Assembly (NCBI RefSeq): GCF_050219315.1
Contig: NZ_CP116939.1
Span: 205,077-229,076, forward strand
Reading direction: 5' to 3'
Origin: Megasphaera sueciensis
Lineage (GTDB): Bacteria > Bacillota > Negativicutes > Veillonellales > Megasphaeraceae
DNA: 24,000 nucleotides
In this document: positions 7,933 through 16,968 of the stretch, piece after piece
Layout: each line of letters begins with the position of its first letter
Position numbering within the stretch: the stretch's first letter is position 1
Made by a program: the position numbers and the translations under genes
Notes under the pieces: generated by a model
Seen by the model: only the letters and a program-made list of their open reading frames with translations
Told to the model about the DNA's origin: nothing
Databases searched by the model: none

Positions 7933-10254
7933 ATGTTGAATACTGTGAAAAAAGTACATTTTATAGGAATAGCCGGCGCCGGTATGAGAGCGATTGCGAA
8001 TGTTTTGCTGCAAAAGGGATATTATATTTCCGGGTCTGATGTGAAACAATCCGCTATTACAGAACGATTTTCCCAACAAGGAGCACGTATTTGCATTGGG
8101 CAGAAACCGGAAAATCTGCAAGATGCGGAACTGGTTGTCGTTTCTTCGGCAATTCACGAAGATAATGTAGAACTACAGGAAGCACATATACGTCATATAC
8201 CTGTTATTCATCGATCCGACGCATTGCTGGATATTATGAGTTGGGGAAAGGGAATTGCCGTGGCGGGAGCACATGGAAAAACAACCACTTCTTCTATGTT
8301 GGGACAGATTTTTGTGGAAGGGGGAATGGATCCAACCGTTGTCATTGGAGGAGAAGTCGATTATCTGCATGCTAATTCTGTATTAGGGAAAGGGAAATAT
8401 GTCATTGCGGAAGCCGATGAAAGTGACGGATCCTTTATAAAATTTAATCCTTATATTGCAGTGGTTACTAATATTGATGCCGATCATATGGATCATTACG
8501 GCTCTTTGGATAATGTTATCAATGCGTTTAAAGTTTTTATACAGAAACTTGACCCGAAAGAAGGAATGGCAGTTCTTTGTTTTGATAATGAACATATCCG
8601 CAATCTGGCACCTAGCTTAAACCGCCGTTATATATCCTATGGGATAGAAAATCAGGCTGACTACACAGCGGATCATATTCATTATGAAAAAGGCCGACTT
8701 TGTTTTGACGTGTATCATCACGATAAAAAGATGGGAAGCATGAATCTGTTTGTGCCGGGACGCCACAATGTACTGAATACGTTGGCTGCCGTTGCGGTAG
8801 CGGATGCTTGTGGGATTCCTTTTGAAAAAATTGCGGAAGCCATGTCTCATTTTCATGGAGCGAAACGCCGTTTTCAGACAAAAGGATATGTTGGCGATGT
8901 TTGGGTTGTTGATGATTATGGACATCATCCTGCTGAAATTAATGCCACATTAACCGCTGCCAAAGATATAGGAACACATCGTATTGTTTGTGTATTTCAA
9001 CCGCATCGGTATACGAGAACGCAATTGCTGGTAGATCGTTTCGGCGGGGCATTTAAAAATGCAGATTTGCTTATTGTTACAGATATATATAGTGCTGGTG
9101 AAACGCCGATTCCGAATGTAACGGGAGAACTTATTGCCAATAAGGTTATTGAAACAACAGGTCAAGAGGTCTTGTATATTCCTAATAAAGAAGATGTAGT
9201 AGAATATTTGAGAAAATTTGCTCAGCCAAAAGAAATGATTATTACTATGGGTGCTGGCGATATTTATCGTGTGGGTGAACAATATATTGCTGAATCGAGC
9301 GGTGAAAATACAAGTACTATTGATGTGAAAACTAAAAAAATTGCCGTTGTTGTCGGCGGACCGTCGACAGAAGCGGCTGTGTCTCGCAATACAGGAGGCG
9401 CTATTGCCAAGGCTCTTATTTCCAAAGGATATCAGGTCACTGTAATGGAACTGAATCCACATATGCTGGCGCAACAATTGCTAGATGAAAAAATTGATAT
9501 TGTATTTAATGCGCTGCACGGCCGGTATGGGGAAGATGGTCTTATACAGGGATTATGCGAAATGATGGGAATTCCTTATACGGGGTCAGGCGTTATGGCC
9601 AGTGCTGTGGGTATGAATAAAGTGATGAGCAAATGTGCTTTTCAAGGTGCGGGAATTGCTACGGCTCCCTTCTCTTATTATTTTGAAAATCAAGGCTTGG
9701 ATACTATCGCTGAGGATATTGCAGAACGATTTGGCTTTCCTGTAGTTATAAAATCCGCAGGGCAGGGTTCGAGTATTGGTACTGTTATTGTCGATTTACA
9801 AACTAAAGTTAAATCGGCATTAGTGGAAGCGTTTAAATATGGAAAATCATTGATAGCAGAGTCTTTTATTAATGGAGACGAATTTACTGTCGCGGTTATG
9901 GATAACATGGCATTTCCTGTTATTCAAATTGTATCGAGTACTGGTAAGTACGATTATTATTCAAAATATACACCGGGTGTGACCAAACATCTGTGTCCGG
10001 CGCCGATTTCGGAAAAATTAACAAAACAAATGCAGGATCTAGCGATGAAAGTCTTTCATTTGTGCCATTGTAATGGTGTCGCACGTGTTGATTTTATGAC
10101 GGATGCAGCGGGAAATCCTTTTGTTTTGGAAATTAATACTGTACCAGGAATGACCAGCACAAGTTTAGTTCCCGATGCAGCAAGAGCGATGGGGATATCG
10201 TTTGAAGAATTATGCGAAAATATATTGCTGGAAGCAGCTGTTGGTAAATTTTAA
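7933..10254 (+). CDS. Bifunctional UDP-N-acetylmuramate--L-alanine ligase / D-alanine--D-alanine ligase (MurC-Ddl fusion, 773 aa)
   Basis: One uninterrupted ORF. The N-terminal half is MurC (HFIGIAGAGMRAIANVL, VAGAHGKTTTSSML, EADESDGSF, GHHPAEINATL, FQPHRYTRT, MGAGDIYRVGEQYI). From about residue 468 it is Ddl (KIAVVVGGPSTEAAVSRNTG, FNALHGRYGEDG, YTGSGVMASAVGMNKVMSK, KSAGQGSSIG, EFTVAVM, GVARVDFMTD, LEINTVPGMTSTSLVP). Confidence 0.93.
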   Translation: MLNTVKKVHFIGIAGAGMRAIANVLLQKGYYISGSDVKQSAITERFSQQGARICIGQKPENLQDAELVVVSSAIHEDNVELQEAHIRHIPVIHRSDALLDIMSWGKGIAVAGAHGKTTTSSMLGQIFVEGGMDPTVVIGGEVDYLHANSVLGKGKYVIAEADESDGSFIKFNPYIAVVTNIDADHMDHYGSLDNVINAFKVFIQKLDPKEGMAVLCFDNEHIRNLAPSLNRRYISYGIENQADYTADHIHYEKGRLCFDVYHHDKKMGSMNLFVPGRHNVLNTLAAVAVADACGIPFEKIAEAMSHFHGAKRRFQTKGYVGDVWVVDDYGHHPAEINATLTAAKDIGTHRIVCVFQPHRYTRTQLLVDRFGGAFKNADLLIVTDIYSAGETPIPNVTGELIANKVIETTGQEVLYIPNKEDVVEYLRKFAQPKEMIITMGAGDIYRVGEQYIAESSGENTSTIDVKTKKIAVVVGGPSTEAAVSRNTGGAIAKALISKGYQVTVMELNPHMLAQQLLDEKIDIVFNALHGRYGEDGLIQGLCEMMGIPYTGSGVMASAVGMNKVMSKCAFQGAGIATAPFSYYFENQGLDTIAEDIAERFGFPVVIKSAGQGSSIGTVIVDLQTKVKSALVEAFKYGKSLIAESFINGDEFTVAVMDNMAFPVIQIVSSTGKYDYYSKYTPGVTKHLCPAPISEKLTKQMQDLAMKVFHLCHCNGVARVDFMTDAAGNPFVLEINTVPGMTSTSLVPDAARAMGISFEELCENILLEAAVGKF

Positions 10255-10275
10255 TTATAATGTTGGTGAGATTTT

Positions 10276-11229
10276 GTGATGAAAAATGATGAGAAAGATA
10301 TCTTTTCTATTCCAATACTGAATACGGATGATGTACGGTCTCATCAGGATGTGTCGGAAACGCTGTTGCCTCCGGAAAAATTTATTCCTCCGGAAGTACC
10401 TGACGACCCGTTGAGAAAAACTGTTTCTGATGGAGCAGAAACAGAACAGCTGCATAAAGAAAAGGATGAAGGTAAGAGCGTATTGCATTCCGGAAAATGC
10501 AAAAAGAAACGGCGGACAGGAAATTTGCAGCACCGGTATCGTTTATTTGTTATACTGGCAGTGTTATTGGTTTTTCTGCTGTGGTTATTTTTGCGGTTTT
10601 CTCCCGTGTCCTTTGGGCGTGTAATTGTAGATGGAAACAGTACGATGTCGAATGAGGCTGTTTACCGCAGCTGCGGTATTAGCGGTCCCGTTAACGTAGT
10701 TCAATTGTCACCCGGCACAATGAAGGATAATCTGAGTAATGATTTGCGTGTTGCACATGTCGAAGTAGTACGCGAATTTCCTGTGACGATCCACATTACG
10801 ATAGAAGAACGCAAGCCGATTGCTGTTATGACGACGATGTATGGTTTTGCGTATCTGGATGCTAATGGCGTAGTTATTCGGCTGGGTCAGAGAATTAAAG
10901 GCATATCTGTGCCTCTTTTTACAGGTAAAAAAATGGACACACTCCTGTTGGGCGATGTTATAAAAAATGATCCGGTTCGGGATTCTTTGACATATTTACA
11001 GAATCTATCTCCCGAATATTTAAATCAAGTAGCGGAAGTAAATGTGGGAAATCCGGATAAGATTACCGTTTATACATCAGATTCTATTCCTATCTATTTA
11101 GGAAACGGCGATCATCCGGAACAACGAGCTCGCATTACGGAAGAACTGTTGCAGGAGGTAAAAAACAACCGTTTATCCGTTGACTATATTGACAGTGATA
11201 TTCAAGCACCTTTAGTGAAGAGTAAATAG
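10276..11229 (+). CDS. ftsQ: Cell division protein FtsQ/DivIB (POTRA-type) with long charged cytoplasmic N-terminus
   Basis: Charged N-terminus, one TM (RLFVILAVLLVFLLWLFL), then POTRA-like FGRVIVDGNSTMSNEAVYRSCGI..VVREFPVTIHITIEERKPIAVM. Start may be ATG at 10279. Confidence 0.8.
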   Translation: MMKNDEKDIFSIPILNTDDVRSHQDVSETLLPPEKFIPPEVPDDPLRKTVSDGAETEQLHKEKDEGKSVLHSGKCKKKRRTGNLQHRYRLFVILAVLLVFLLWLFLRFSPVSFGRVIVDGNSTMSNEAVYRSCGISGPVNVVQLSPGTMKDNLSNDLRVAHVEVVREFPVTIHITIEERKPIAVMTTMYGFAYLDANGVVIRLGQRIKGISVPLFTGKKMDTLLLGDVIKNDPVRDSLTYLQNLSPEYLNQVAEVNVGNPDKITVYTSDSIPIYLGNGDHPEQRARITEELLQEVKNNRLSVDYIDSDIQAPLVKSK

Positions 11230-11241
11230 AAAGGAAAGACT

Positions 11242-11919
11242 GTGAGATTACAAGAGGGAAAAATTGCGATTACATTTGCTTGCGTATTATTGGGAATCAT
11301 GTTGGTTACACAATATAAAGCGGCACAGGATACGCTTCCAGTCACTTCGCAGCGTGCAGAAGAACTTATTTCCAAGGTCAGGGACCTGGAAGCTGACAAT
11401 AAGGCTTTGAAGAAACAAATCAGCGAACTTGGCGGGAATAAAGATACGCAATTACAAGAACTTCGCTATGATGCTGGGGTTTTACCTGTAGAAGGGCCTG
11501 GTATTATCGTAACGCTGGATGATAGTACGCAGCCAAAAATGCAGGGAGCGAATCCTAATTTATATATCATTCATGATGAAGATTTATTGCGTATTGTCAA
11601 TGAACTCCGGGCAGCCGGGGCAGAGGCTTTATCAATTAATGGGCAGCGATTGATCGGTACATCGGAAATACGGTGTGTAGGACCTAATATCAATATTAAC
11701 GGTAAAATATTATCGCCGCCCTTTGAAATCAAAGCTATCGGCGATATGCATTCATTATTAGGAGCGCTTAATTTGCGCGGCGGGGTAAAAGAAAGTTTAA
11801 AATATTGGGGAATTGAATTGCAAATCCGAAAATTGGAAATGATCGTTGTTCCTGCATATGAAGGATCATTTCGTCATGAATATGCTCGTATCTCCAAAAA
11901 GGAGGCAGATAACTCATGA
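11242..11919 (+). CDS. DUF881 family protein
   Basis: N-terminal TM, coiled coil, GPGIIVTLDDS, NELRAAGAEALSINGQRL, ALNLRGGVKESLKYWGIELQI. DUF881 proteins commonly lie between ftsQ and sbp/ftsZ in Firmicutes. Confidence 0.82.
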   Translation: MRLQEGKIAITFACVLLGIMLVTQYKAAQDTLPVTSQRAEELISKVRDLEADNKALKKQISELGGNKDTQLQELRYDAGVLPVEGPGIIVTLDDSTQPKMQGANPNLYIIHDEDLLRIVNELRAAGAEALSINGQRLIGTSEIRCVGPNININGKILSPPFEIKAIGDMHSLLGALNLRGGVKESLKYWGIELQIRKLEMIVVPAYEGSFRHEYARISKKEADNS

Positions 11920-12260
11920 TATATCCGATAATCGGTATGGCTATAGGGATATGTATTGGTATTATAATGCCTGATTTATCTGTTTCTCCTGATATGGCAA
12001 AGCTGCTGGCGACGGCTTTGCTGGCTTGTCTGGATTCCGTATTTGGCGGAATACGGGCAACCTTGAATAAAAAATTTGATAACAGGATGTTTTTGGTTGG
12101 ATTTTTTTCCAATGCATTTATGGCTGCAATTTTTGTGTTTGTTGGATTACGACTGGGGATAGATTTATATTTTGTTGTGCTTATTACCTTTGGTATGCGT
12201 ATTTTTCAAAATATGGCCCGGATTCGCAGGAAACTCCTAGTTTATAAGCCTGAGAAATGA
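11916..12260 (+). CDS. sbp: Small basic protein Sbp (DUF1290 family)
   Basis: 114-aa membrane protein MIYPIIGMAIGICIGIIMP..ALLACLDSVFGGIRATLNKKFDNRMFLVGFFSN. ATGA overlap with the upstream DUF881 gene. Confidence 0.85.
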   Translation: MIYPIIGMAIGICIGIIMPDLSVSPDMAKLLATALLACLDSVFGGIRATLNKKFDNRMFLVGFFSNAFMAAIFVFVGLRLGIDLYFVVLITFGMRIFQNMARIRRKLLVYKPEK

Positions 12261-12279
12261 AATTAATTTAAAAATAATG

Positions 12280-12308
12280 TGGATTAATTCCTTTAGATAG
12301 TGTAAAAT
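12280..12308 (+). promoter_or_regulatory. Weak candidate sigma70-type promoter upstream of ftsZ
   Basis: TGGATT (12280-12285), 17 bp, TAAAAT (12303-12308). The -35 match is poor. Confidence 0.3.
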
Positions 12309-12363
12309 AATAAGGAAATCCTATCTAAAAGTACAAGTATGCATATTCGAAGGAGGAAACAAT

Positions 12364-13386
12364 ATGGCAGAGTTTGCAAATATAAAGGTTATTGGTGTCG
12401 GCGGTGGCGGAAATAACGCTGTCAATCGTATGATAGAAAGCGGTTTGCAGGGTGTTCAGTTTATTTCCGTCAATACAGAGGATCAGGTATTGGAAGTATC
12501 CAAAGCTGATGTGAAAATTCAGATTGGTGAAAAGCTGACTCGCGGTCTCGGTGCTGGTGCTAATCCCCAAATCGGCGAACAGGCTGCTCTTGAAAGCAAG
12601 GAAGAAATTATAAAGGCTCTTCAAGGAGCTGATATGGTGTTCGTAACGGCCGGAATGGGCGGCGGTACAGGTACGGGCGCAGCGCCTATTGTTGCTGAAT
12701 GTGCTAAAGAAATGGGGGCTCTTACCGTCGCAGTAGTGACTAAGCCGTTTGCTTTTGAAGGCAAACGTCGTAAAGAACAGGCTGAAAAAGGTGCGGCGTA
12801 TTTAAAAGAAAAAGTAGATACGATCATTACGATTCCTAACGATAAATTGCTTCAGATTATTGACAAAAAGACACCTCTTAAAGATGCGTTCTTAGTAGCC
12901 GATGATGTGTTGCGTCAGGGTGTACAGGGTATTTCTGATTTAATTACAACAACCGGTTTGATTAATCTTGATTTTGCCGATGTAAAGACAATTATGCTCG
13001 ATCAGGGAGAGGCTATTATGGGTATTGGTATCGGATCCGGTGAAAACCGTGCTACGGAAGCCGTTGATGGTGCTATTCACAGTGCACTTCTGGAAACCAG
13101 CATCGATGGGGCACAGAGCATATTGCTCAATGTTACAGGCGGTCCGGATATCAGCTTGTATGAAATTAATGAAGCAGCCGAAAAGGTTGCTGAAGCTGTC
13201 GATCCCGATGCAAATATTATTTTTGGTTCTGTTATCGATCCGGATATGGAAGATTCTATTCGGATTACTGTTGTGGCTACTGGCTTTGGTAAGGAACCAT
13301 CAACTATTCCTTCTTTTGGACAATCTGGCACAGTGAACGATAAAAAAGAAGCAAGTGGTGTGGAAATTCCTACGTGGATGAGATAA
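12364..13386 (+). CDS. ftsZ: Cell division GTPase FtsZ
   Basis: [33 protein letters not shown] tubulin signature, [12 protein letters not shown]-terminal peptide VEIPTWMR; AGGAGG RBS. Confidence 0.98.
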   Translation: MAEFANIKVIGVGGGGNNAVNRMIESGLQGVQFISVNTEDQVLEVSKADVKIQIGEKLTRGLGAGANPQIGEQAALESKEEIIKALQGADMVFVTAGMGGGTGTGAAPIVAECAKEMGALTVAVVTKPFAFEGKRRKEQAEKGAAYLKEKVDTIITIPNDKLLQIIDKKTPLKDAFLVADDVLRQGVQGISDLITTTGLINLDFADVKTIMLDQGEAIMGIGIGSGENRATEAVDGAIHSALLETSIDGAQSILLNVTGGPDISLYEINEAAEKVAEAVDPDANIIFGSVIDPDMEDSIRITVVATGFGKEPSTIPSFGQSGTVNDKKEASGVEIPTWMR

Positions 13387-13398
13387 TCAATGAAGGTA

Positions 13399-13425
13399 AG
13401 CGGGTCCCGTCGGACCCGCTTTTTT
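13399..13425 (+). terminator. Intrinsic terminator closing the ftsZ transcript
   Basis: AGCGGGTCC-CGTC-GGACCCGCT (9-bp perfect GC-rich stem, 4-nt loop) followed by TTTTT. Confidence 0.93.
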
Positions 13426-13516
13426 GCTAAAACAGCAGGATTTTTAAAGAGGCGTGTAGAATTGTAACTTAAGATTGTTGAAAAATAATTTTTTGAATGT
13501 CTGTAGGAGGCAAATT

Positions 13517-13984
13517 ATGAGATGTCCATTTTGCAAGAGCGACGATACGAAGGTTACGGATTCCAGGGCGACTGATGACGGCAATGCTATCCGCCGCCGC
13601 CGTGAATGCCAAAAATGCGGACGTCGGTTTACGACGTATGAGATGGTAGAAGAGGTACCTCTGGTAGTCATAAAAAAAGACGGTAGCCGGGAATTGTTTG
13701 ATCGCAATAAGATTCTGAATGGATTATTGCGTGCTTGTAATAAACGCATGGTTACGATGCAGCAGTTAGATGGAATCGTTTCTCGGGTAGAACATAAAAT
13801 TCGAAACTCTTTAGCTCAGGAAGTAACGAGTGTAAAAATCGGCGAAATGGTTCTTGATGAGCTGCAGAGTGTGGATTTAGTGGCATATATCCGGTTTGCT
13901 TCCGTGTATCGTCAATTTGCTGATTTGGATAGTTTCATGGCGGAATTGAAGCGCCTCATGGATAACAGGCATAAGAAGGTCTGA
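13517..13984 (+). CDS. nrdR: Transcriptional repressor NrdR (Zn-ribbon/ATP-cone)
   Basis: MRCPFCKSDDTKVTDSRATDDGNAIRRRRECQKCGRRFTTYE. AGGAGG at 13505-13510 supports the ATG at 13517 rather than the TTG at 13475 in the ORF track. Confidence 0.96.
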   Translation: MRCPFCKSDDTKVTDSRATDDGNAIRRRRECQKCGRRFTTYEMVEEVPLVVIKKDGSRELFDRNKILNGLLRACNKRMVTMQQLDGIVSRVEHKIRNSLAQEVTSVKIGEMVLDELQSVDLVAYIRFASVYRQFADLDSFMAELKRLMDNRHKKV

Positions 13985-14003
13985 GATCGTAAAAGGAGTT
14001 TTT

Positions 14004-15488
14004 ATGACAGAGGGTTATATTGATAATTTTTTAAACAATGTATTGCCGAATTTACGTATTGCTGTCATTGGCGACGTTATGGTTGACCGTTACGTATTTG
14101 GCAAAGTGGAACGGATTTCTCCGGAAGCCCCGGTCCCAGTTAATAAGGTGTCCCATATTACTTCTGCCTTGGGAGGTGCTGCAAATGTAGCGTCTAATCT
14201 GGCTAATTTGGAATGTCATGTTTTTTTGGCTGGTCTTATGGGGACAGACGAGTATGGTTCTGTTTTGCAGAAATTATTGGCGGATGCGCATATTGATGGG
14301 TCGGGGTTAATTTCCCGTACAGGACATGCTACAACGACAAAACTTCGCGTTCTCGGTTCACGCCAGCAAATGCTGCGACTTGATTTTGAAGAAATTACGG
14401 CACTTGAATCGGATGAGGAACAGGTATTGCTTCACTGGTTACAAGAACGGATACGAGATGGACTGGACGGTATTATCATTTCTGACTACGGTAAGGGTGT
14501 TCTTACGGATGCCGTATCCGGCGGGGTTATTTCTTTTGCTCGTAAAGCTGGCATACCGGTACTTGTGGATCCCAAGGGTACGGATTGGAGTAAATATAAC
14601 GGGGCCGATTTTGTTACGCCTAATATGAAGGAAATTAGTGACTGTATTGGCTATACGGTTGCTAATGCAGGAGGAGATGTGATTGAAGCTGCTATGAAAC
14701 TTCATGAGAGGTATGATTTTGCACATCTCATGGTAACTAGATCAGAAAAAGGGATAACCGTTATAGGCAAGGATGGAAAGGTCTGGAGCAACCCCGCAAC
14801 AGCGCAGGAAGTATTCGATGTATCTGGGGCAGGCGATACAGTAGCCGCTGCTTTTTTAACTTCTATTGCGGCAAAGCTTTCTATTCGTGCAAGTTTACAG
14901 ATTGCTAATTCCGCAGCGGGAGTTGTCGTCGCTAAGGTAGGTACTTATCCTGTTCATCGCAGTGAACTTTTACAATTGTGGCACCAATGGCGTCCCAACC
15001 GCCGGTGGGCTCCGTATGAATCATTGAGCTGCAGGGAAATGGCCGGCAAGATACGGCAATGGCAGCAAAATGGTGAAATTGTTGTTTTTACAAATGGTTG
15101 CTTTGATATACTGCACCGCGGGCATGTACTTTATTTACAACAGGCAGCTATGCTGGGGCAGCATTTAGTTATCGGTTTAAATTCTGATGAATCTGTTCGA
15201 CGGTTAAAGGGAGAAGCAAGGCCTTTTGTACAGCAGAATGATCGTGCCGTGCTGTTAAGCGCGCTGGCTTGCGTTGACGATGTGGTTATTTTCAATGAAG
15301 ATACGCCGAAAGAATTGTTGTCGGTTTTGCGCCCGGATATCCTTGTTAAGGGCGGGGATTATAAAGCTGACGAAGTGATTGGACGAGAATACGTAAAACG
15401 AGTGGAAATCATTTCTTTTGAAGAAGGGTATTCTACAACGAATATAATAGATAAAATTATAAATAGGGCGAGGAAGGGAATTTTATGA
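14004..15488 (+). CDS. hldE: Bifunctional D-glycero-beta-D-manno-heptose-7-phosphate kinase / heptose 1-phosphate adenylyltransferase (HldE)
   Basis: PfkB-type kinase domain (GDVMVDRYVFGKVERISPEAPVPV, GGAANVASNLANL, DVSGAGDTVAAAFL) fused to a nucleotidyltransferase domain (VFTNGCFDILHRGHVLYLQQA, LGQHLVIGLNSDESVRRLKG, VKGGDY). Confidence 0.96.
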   Translation: MTEGYIDNFLNNVLPNLRIAVIGDVMVDRYVFGKVERISPEAPVPVNKVSHITSALGGAANVASNLANLECHVFLAGLMGTDEYGSVLQKLLADAHIDGSGLISRTGHATTTKLRVLGSRQQMLRLDFEEITALESDEEQVLLHWLQERIRDGLDGIIISDYGKGVLTDAVSGGVISFARKAGIPVLVDPKGTDWSKYNGADFVTPNMKEISDCIGYTVANAGGDVIEAAMKLHERYDFAHLMVTRSEKGITVIGKDGKVWSNPATAQEVFDVSGAGDTVAAAFLTSIAAKLSIRASLQIANSAAGVVVAKVGTYPVHRSELLQLWHQWRPNRRWAPYESLSCREMAGKIRQWQQNGEIVVFTNGCFDILHRGHVLYLQQAAMLGQHLVIGLNSDESVRRLKGEARPFVQQNDRAVLLSALACVDDVVIFNEDTPKELLSVLRPDILVKGGDYKADEVIGREYVKRVEIISFEEGYSTTNIIDKIINRARKGIL

Positions 15489-16450
15489 AGATAGTAACAG
15501 GTGGTGCGGGTTTTATCGGCAGCAATATTATAAAAAAATTAAATGATAGGGGTATTCATGATATCTTGGTGGTAGATGATTTGACGGATGGACGTAAGTG
15601 CCGAAACTTACAGGGATTGTCATTTTATGATTATATGGATTATGAAGATTTTGCAGATCAAATGGCTGACGAATCTTTTGACGGCGGGTATATTGATGTT
15701 GTCTTTCACGAAGGAGCCTGTTCGGATACGATGAATTATGACGGGCGCTACATGATGAAAAATAATTATGAAGGTAGTAAGAATCTTCTGCGTTATTGTA
15801 TGCATCGTAAAATACCTTTTTTGTATGCATCATCGGCTTCTACGTATGGCAGCGGTAAACATGGATTTCGTGAGGAACCGGCTTGTGAACAAGCGCTGAA
15901 CCCGTATGCATATTCAAAACTGCAGTTTGACCGCTTTGTACGGCGTATGCTGCCGCTTGCTAACAGTCAGATTGTTGGTTTTCGATATTTTAATGTATTC
16001 GGGCCGCAGGAAAATCATAAGGATCGAATGGCTTCCCTTATTTACCAAAAATATTATGAACTGCAGAAAAATGGAAAAATTACTCTTTTTGAGGGAACTG
16101 CAGGATATGAAAATGGGGGGCAGATTCGTGATTTTATTTATGTGAATGATGTTGTAAATGTTATATTTTATTTTTGGGAACATCCCGAATTATCCGGCAT
16201 TTATAATTGCGGTACTGGCGAAGGACATTCATTTAACGAGTTTGTTCGGGGTATTATCGCGTATTGCGGAAAAGGTACTGTGGAATACGTTCCATTCCCG
16301 GATATTCTGAAGGGAAAATATCAGAGCTTTACGCAGGCGGATACAACAAAATTAATGGATGCTGGGTATGACCGCGGGTTTACTCTCTTAAAGGAAGCCG
16401 TACAGGAATATTGCCGTATTTTGGAAAAGAGTGATGGATACTTCGAATGA
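15485..16450 (+). CDS. hldD: ADP-L-glycero-D-manno-heptose-6-epimerase (HldD)
   Basis: VTGGAGFIGSNIIKKLNDRGIHDILVVDDLTDG; SDR YxxxK (YAYSKLQFD), FNVFGPQENHKDRMAS; ATGA-type overlap with hldE. Confidence 0.94.
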   Translation: MKIVTGGAGFIGSNIIKKLNDRGIHDILVVDDLTDGRKCRNLQGLSFYDYMDYEDFADQMADESFDGGYIDVVFHEGACSDTMNYDGRYMMKNNYEGSKNLLRYCMHRKIPFLYASSASTYGSGKHGFREEPACEQALNPYAYSKLQFDRFVRRMLPLANSQIVGFRYFNVFGPQENHKDRMASLIYQKYYELQKNGKITLFEGTAGYENGGQIRDFIYVNDVVNVIFYFWEHPELSGIYNCGTGEGHSFNEFVRGIIAYCGKGTVEYVPFPDILKGKYQSFTQADTTKLMDAGYDRGFTLLKEAVQEYCRILEKSDGYFE

Positions 16451-16968
16451 GAAAAGCGGCTTTTTTTGATAGGGACGGAGTTTTGAATAAAGATATACAT
16501 TATTTACATCGTCCGGAGGATGTCATATGGGTAAAAGGTGCTAAGGAGGGACTGGCATATCTTAACCAGCTGGGATACTTGGTTATTGTAGTAACGAATC
16601 AAAGCGGTGTGGCTCGCGGGTATTATACAGAAGAGGATGTAAAAAAACTTCATTCCTGGATGTCTCAGGAAATAGCAGCGGCTGGGGGGTGTATTACGGC
16701 ATTTTACTACTGTCCGTTTTTGGAGGGGGCTGCGGATCCTTTTTATAATAAGAAAAGTGATTGGCGAAAACCAGCTCCTGGTATGGTGTTGCAGGCAGTA
16801 AAAGAGTATGATTTGGATATTTCTCAATCCTTTTTAATTGGAGATAGTACAAGCGATATGGAATGTGCCAAAGCCGCAGGTTTGCCGGGATATTTGTTTA
16901 CAGGAGAACGCCTTGATGTGTTTATTGATCATGTATTAGAGAAGAGGAATGCACATGAAAGCCTATAA
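16447..16968 (+). CDS. gmhB: D,D-heptose 1,7-bisphosphate phosphatase (HAD family, GmhB-like)
   Basis: AAFFDRDGVLNKDIHYLHRPEDV, VVTNQSGVARGYYTEEDV, WRKPAPGM, LIGDSTSDMECAKAAG; in an hld operon. Confidence 0.88.
   Translation: MRKAAFFDRDGVLNKDIHYLHRPEDVIWVKGAKEGLAYLNQLGYLVIVVTNQSGVARGYYTEEDVKKLHSWMSQEIAAAGGCITAFYYCPFLEGAADPFYNKKSDWRKPAPGMVLQAVKEYDLDISQSFLIGDSTSDMECAKAAGLPGYLFTGERLDVFIDHVLEKRNAHESL

Noticed and set aside
8950-9477. Long antisense ORFs from the track, e.g. 175 aa at 8950-9477 (-) and 189 aa at 2467-3036 (-).
   Set aside because: They lie wholly opposite strongly recognised genes (murC-ddl, murE), are rich in Cys/His/Asn as expected for antisense translation, and show no recognisable domains.
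10430-10624. + strand 64-aa ORF inside ftsQ.
   Set aside because: It is internal out-of-frame sequence within a supported CDS with no independent evidence.
13025-13336. + strand ORF of 103 aa overlapping ftsZ in another frame.
   Set aside because: It is fully internal to ftsZ, has no recognisable domain, and is likely a composition artefact.
13475-13516. N-terminal extension of nrdR (MLKNNFLNVCRRQI) in the ORF track.
   Set aside because: The RBS AGGAGG at 13505-13510 is correctly spaced for the ATG at 13517, and NrdR proteins begin MRCPFC.
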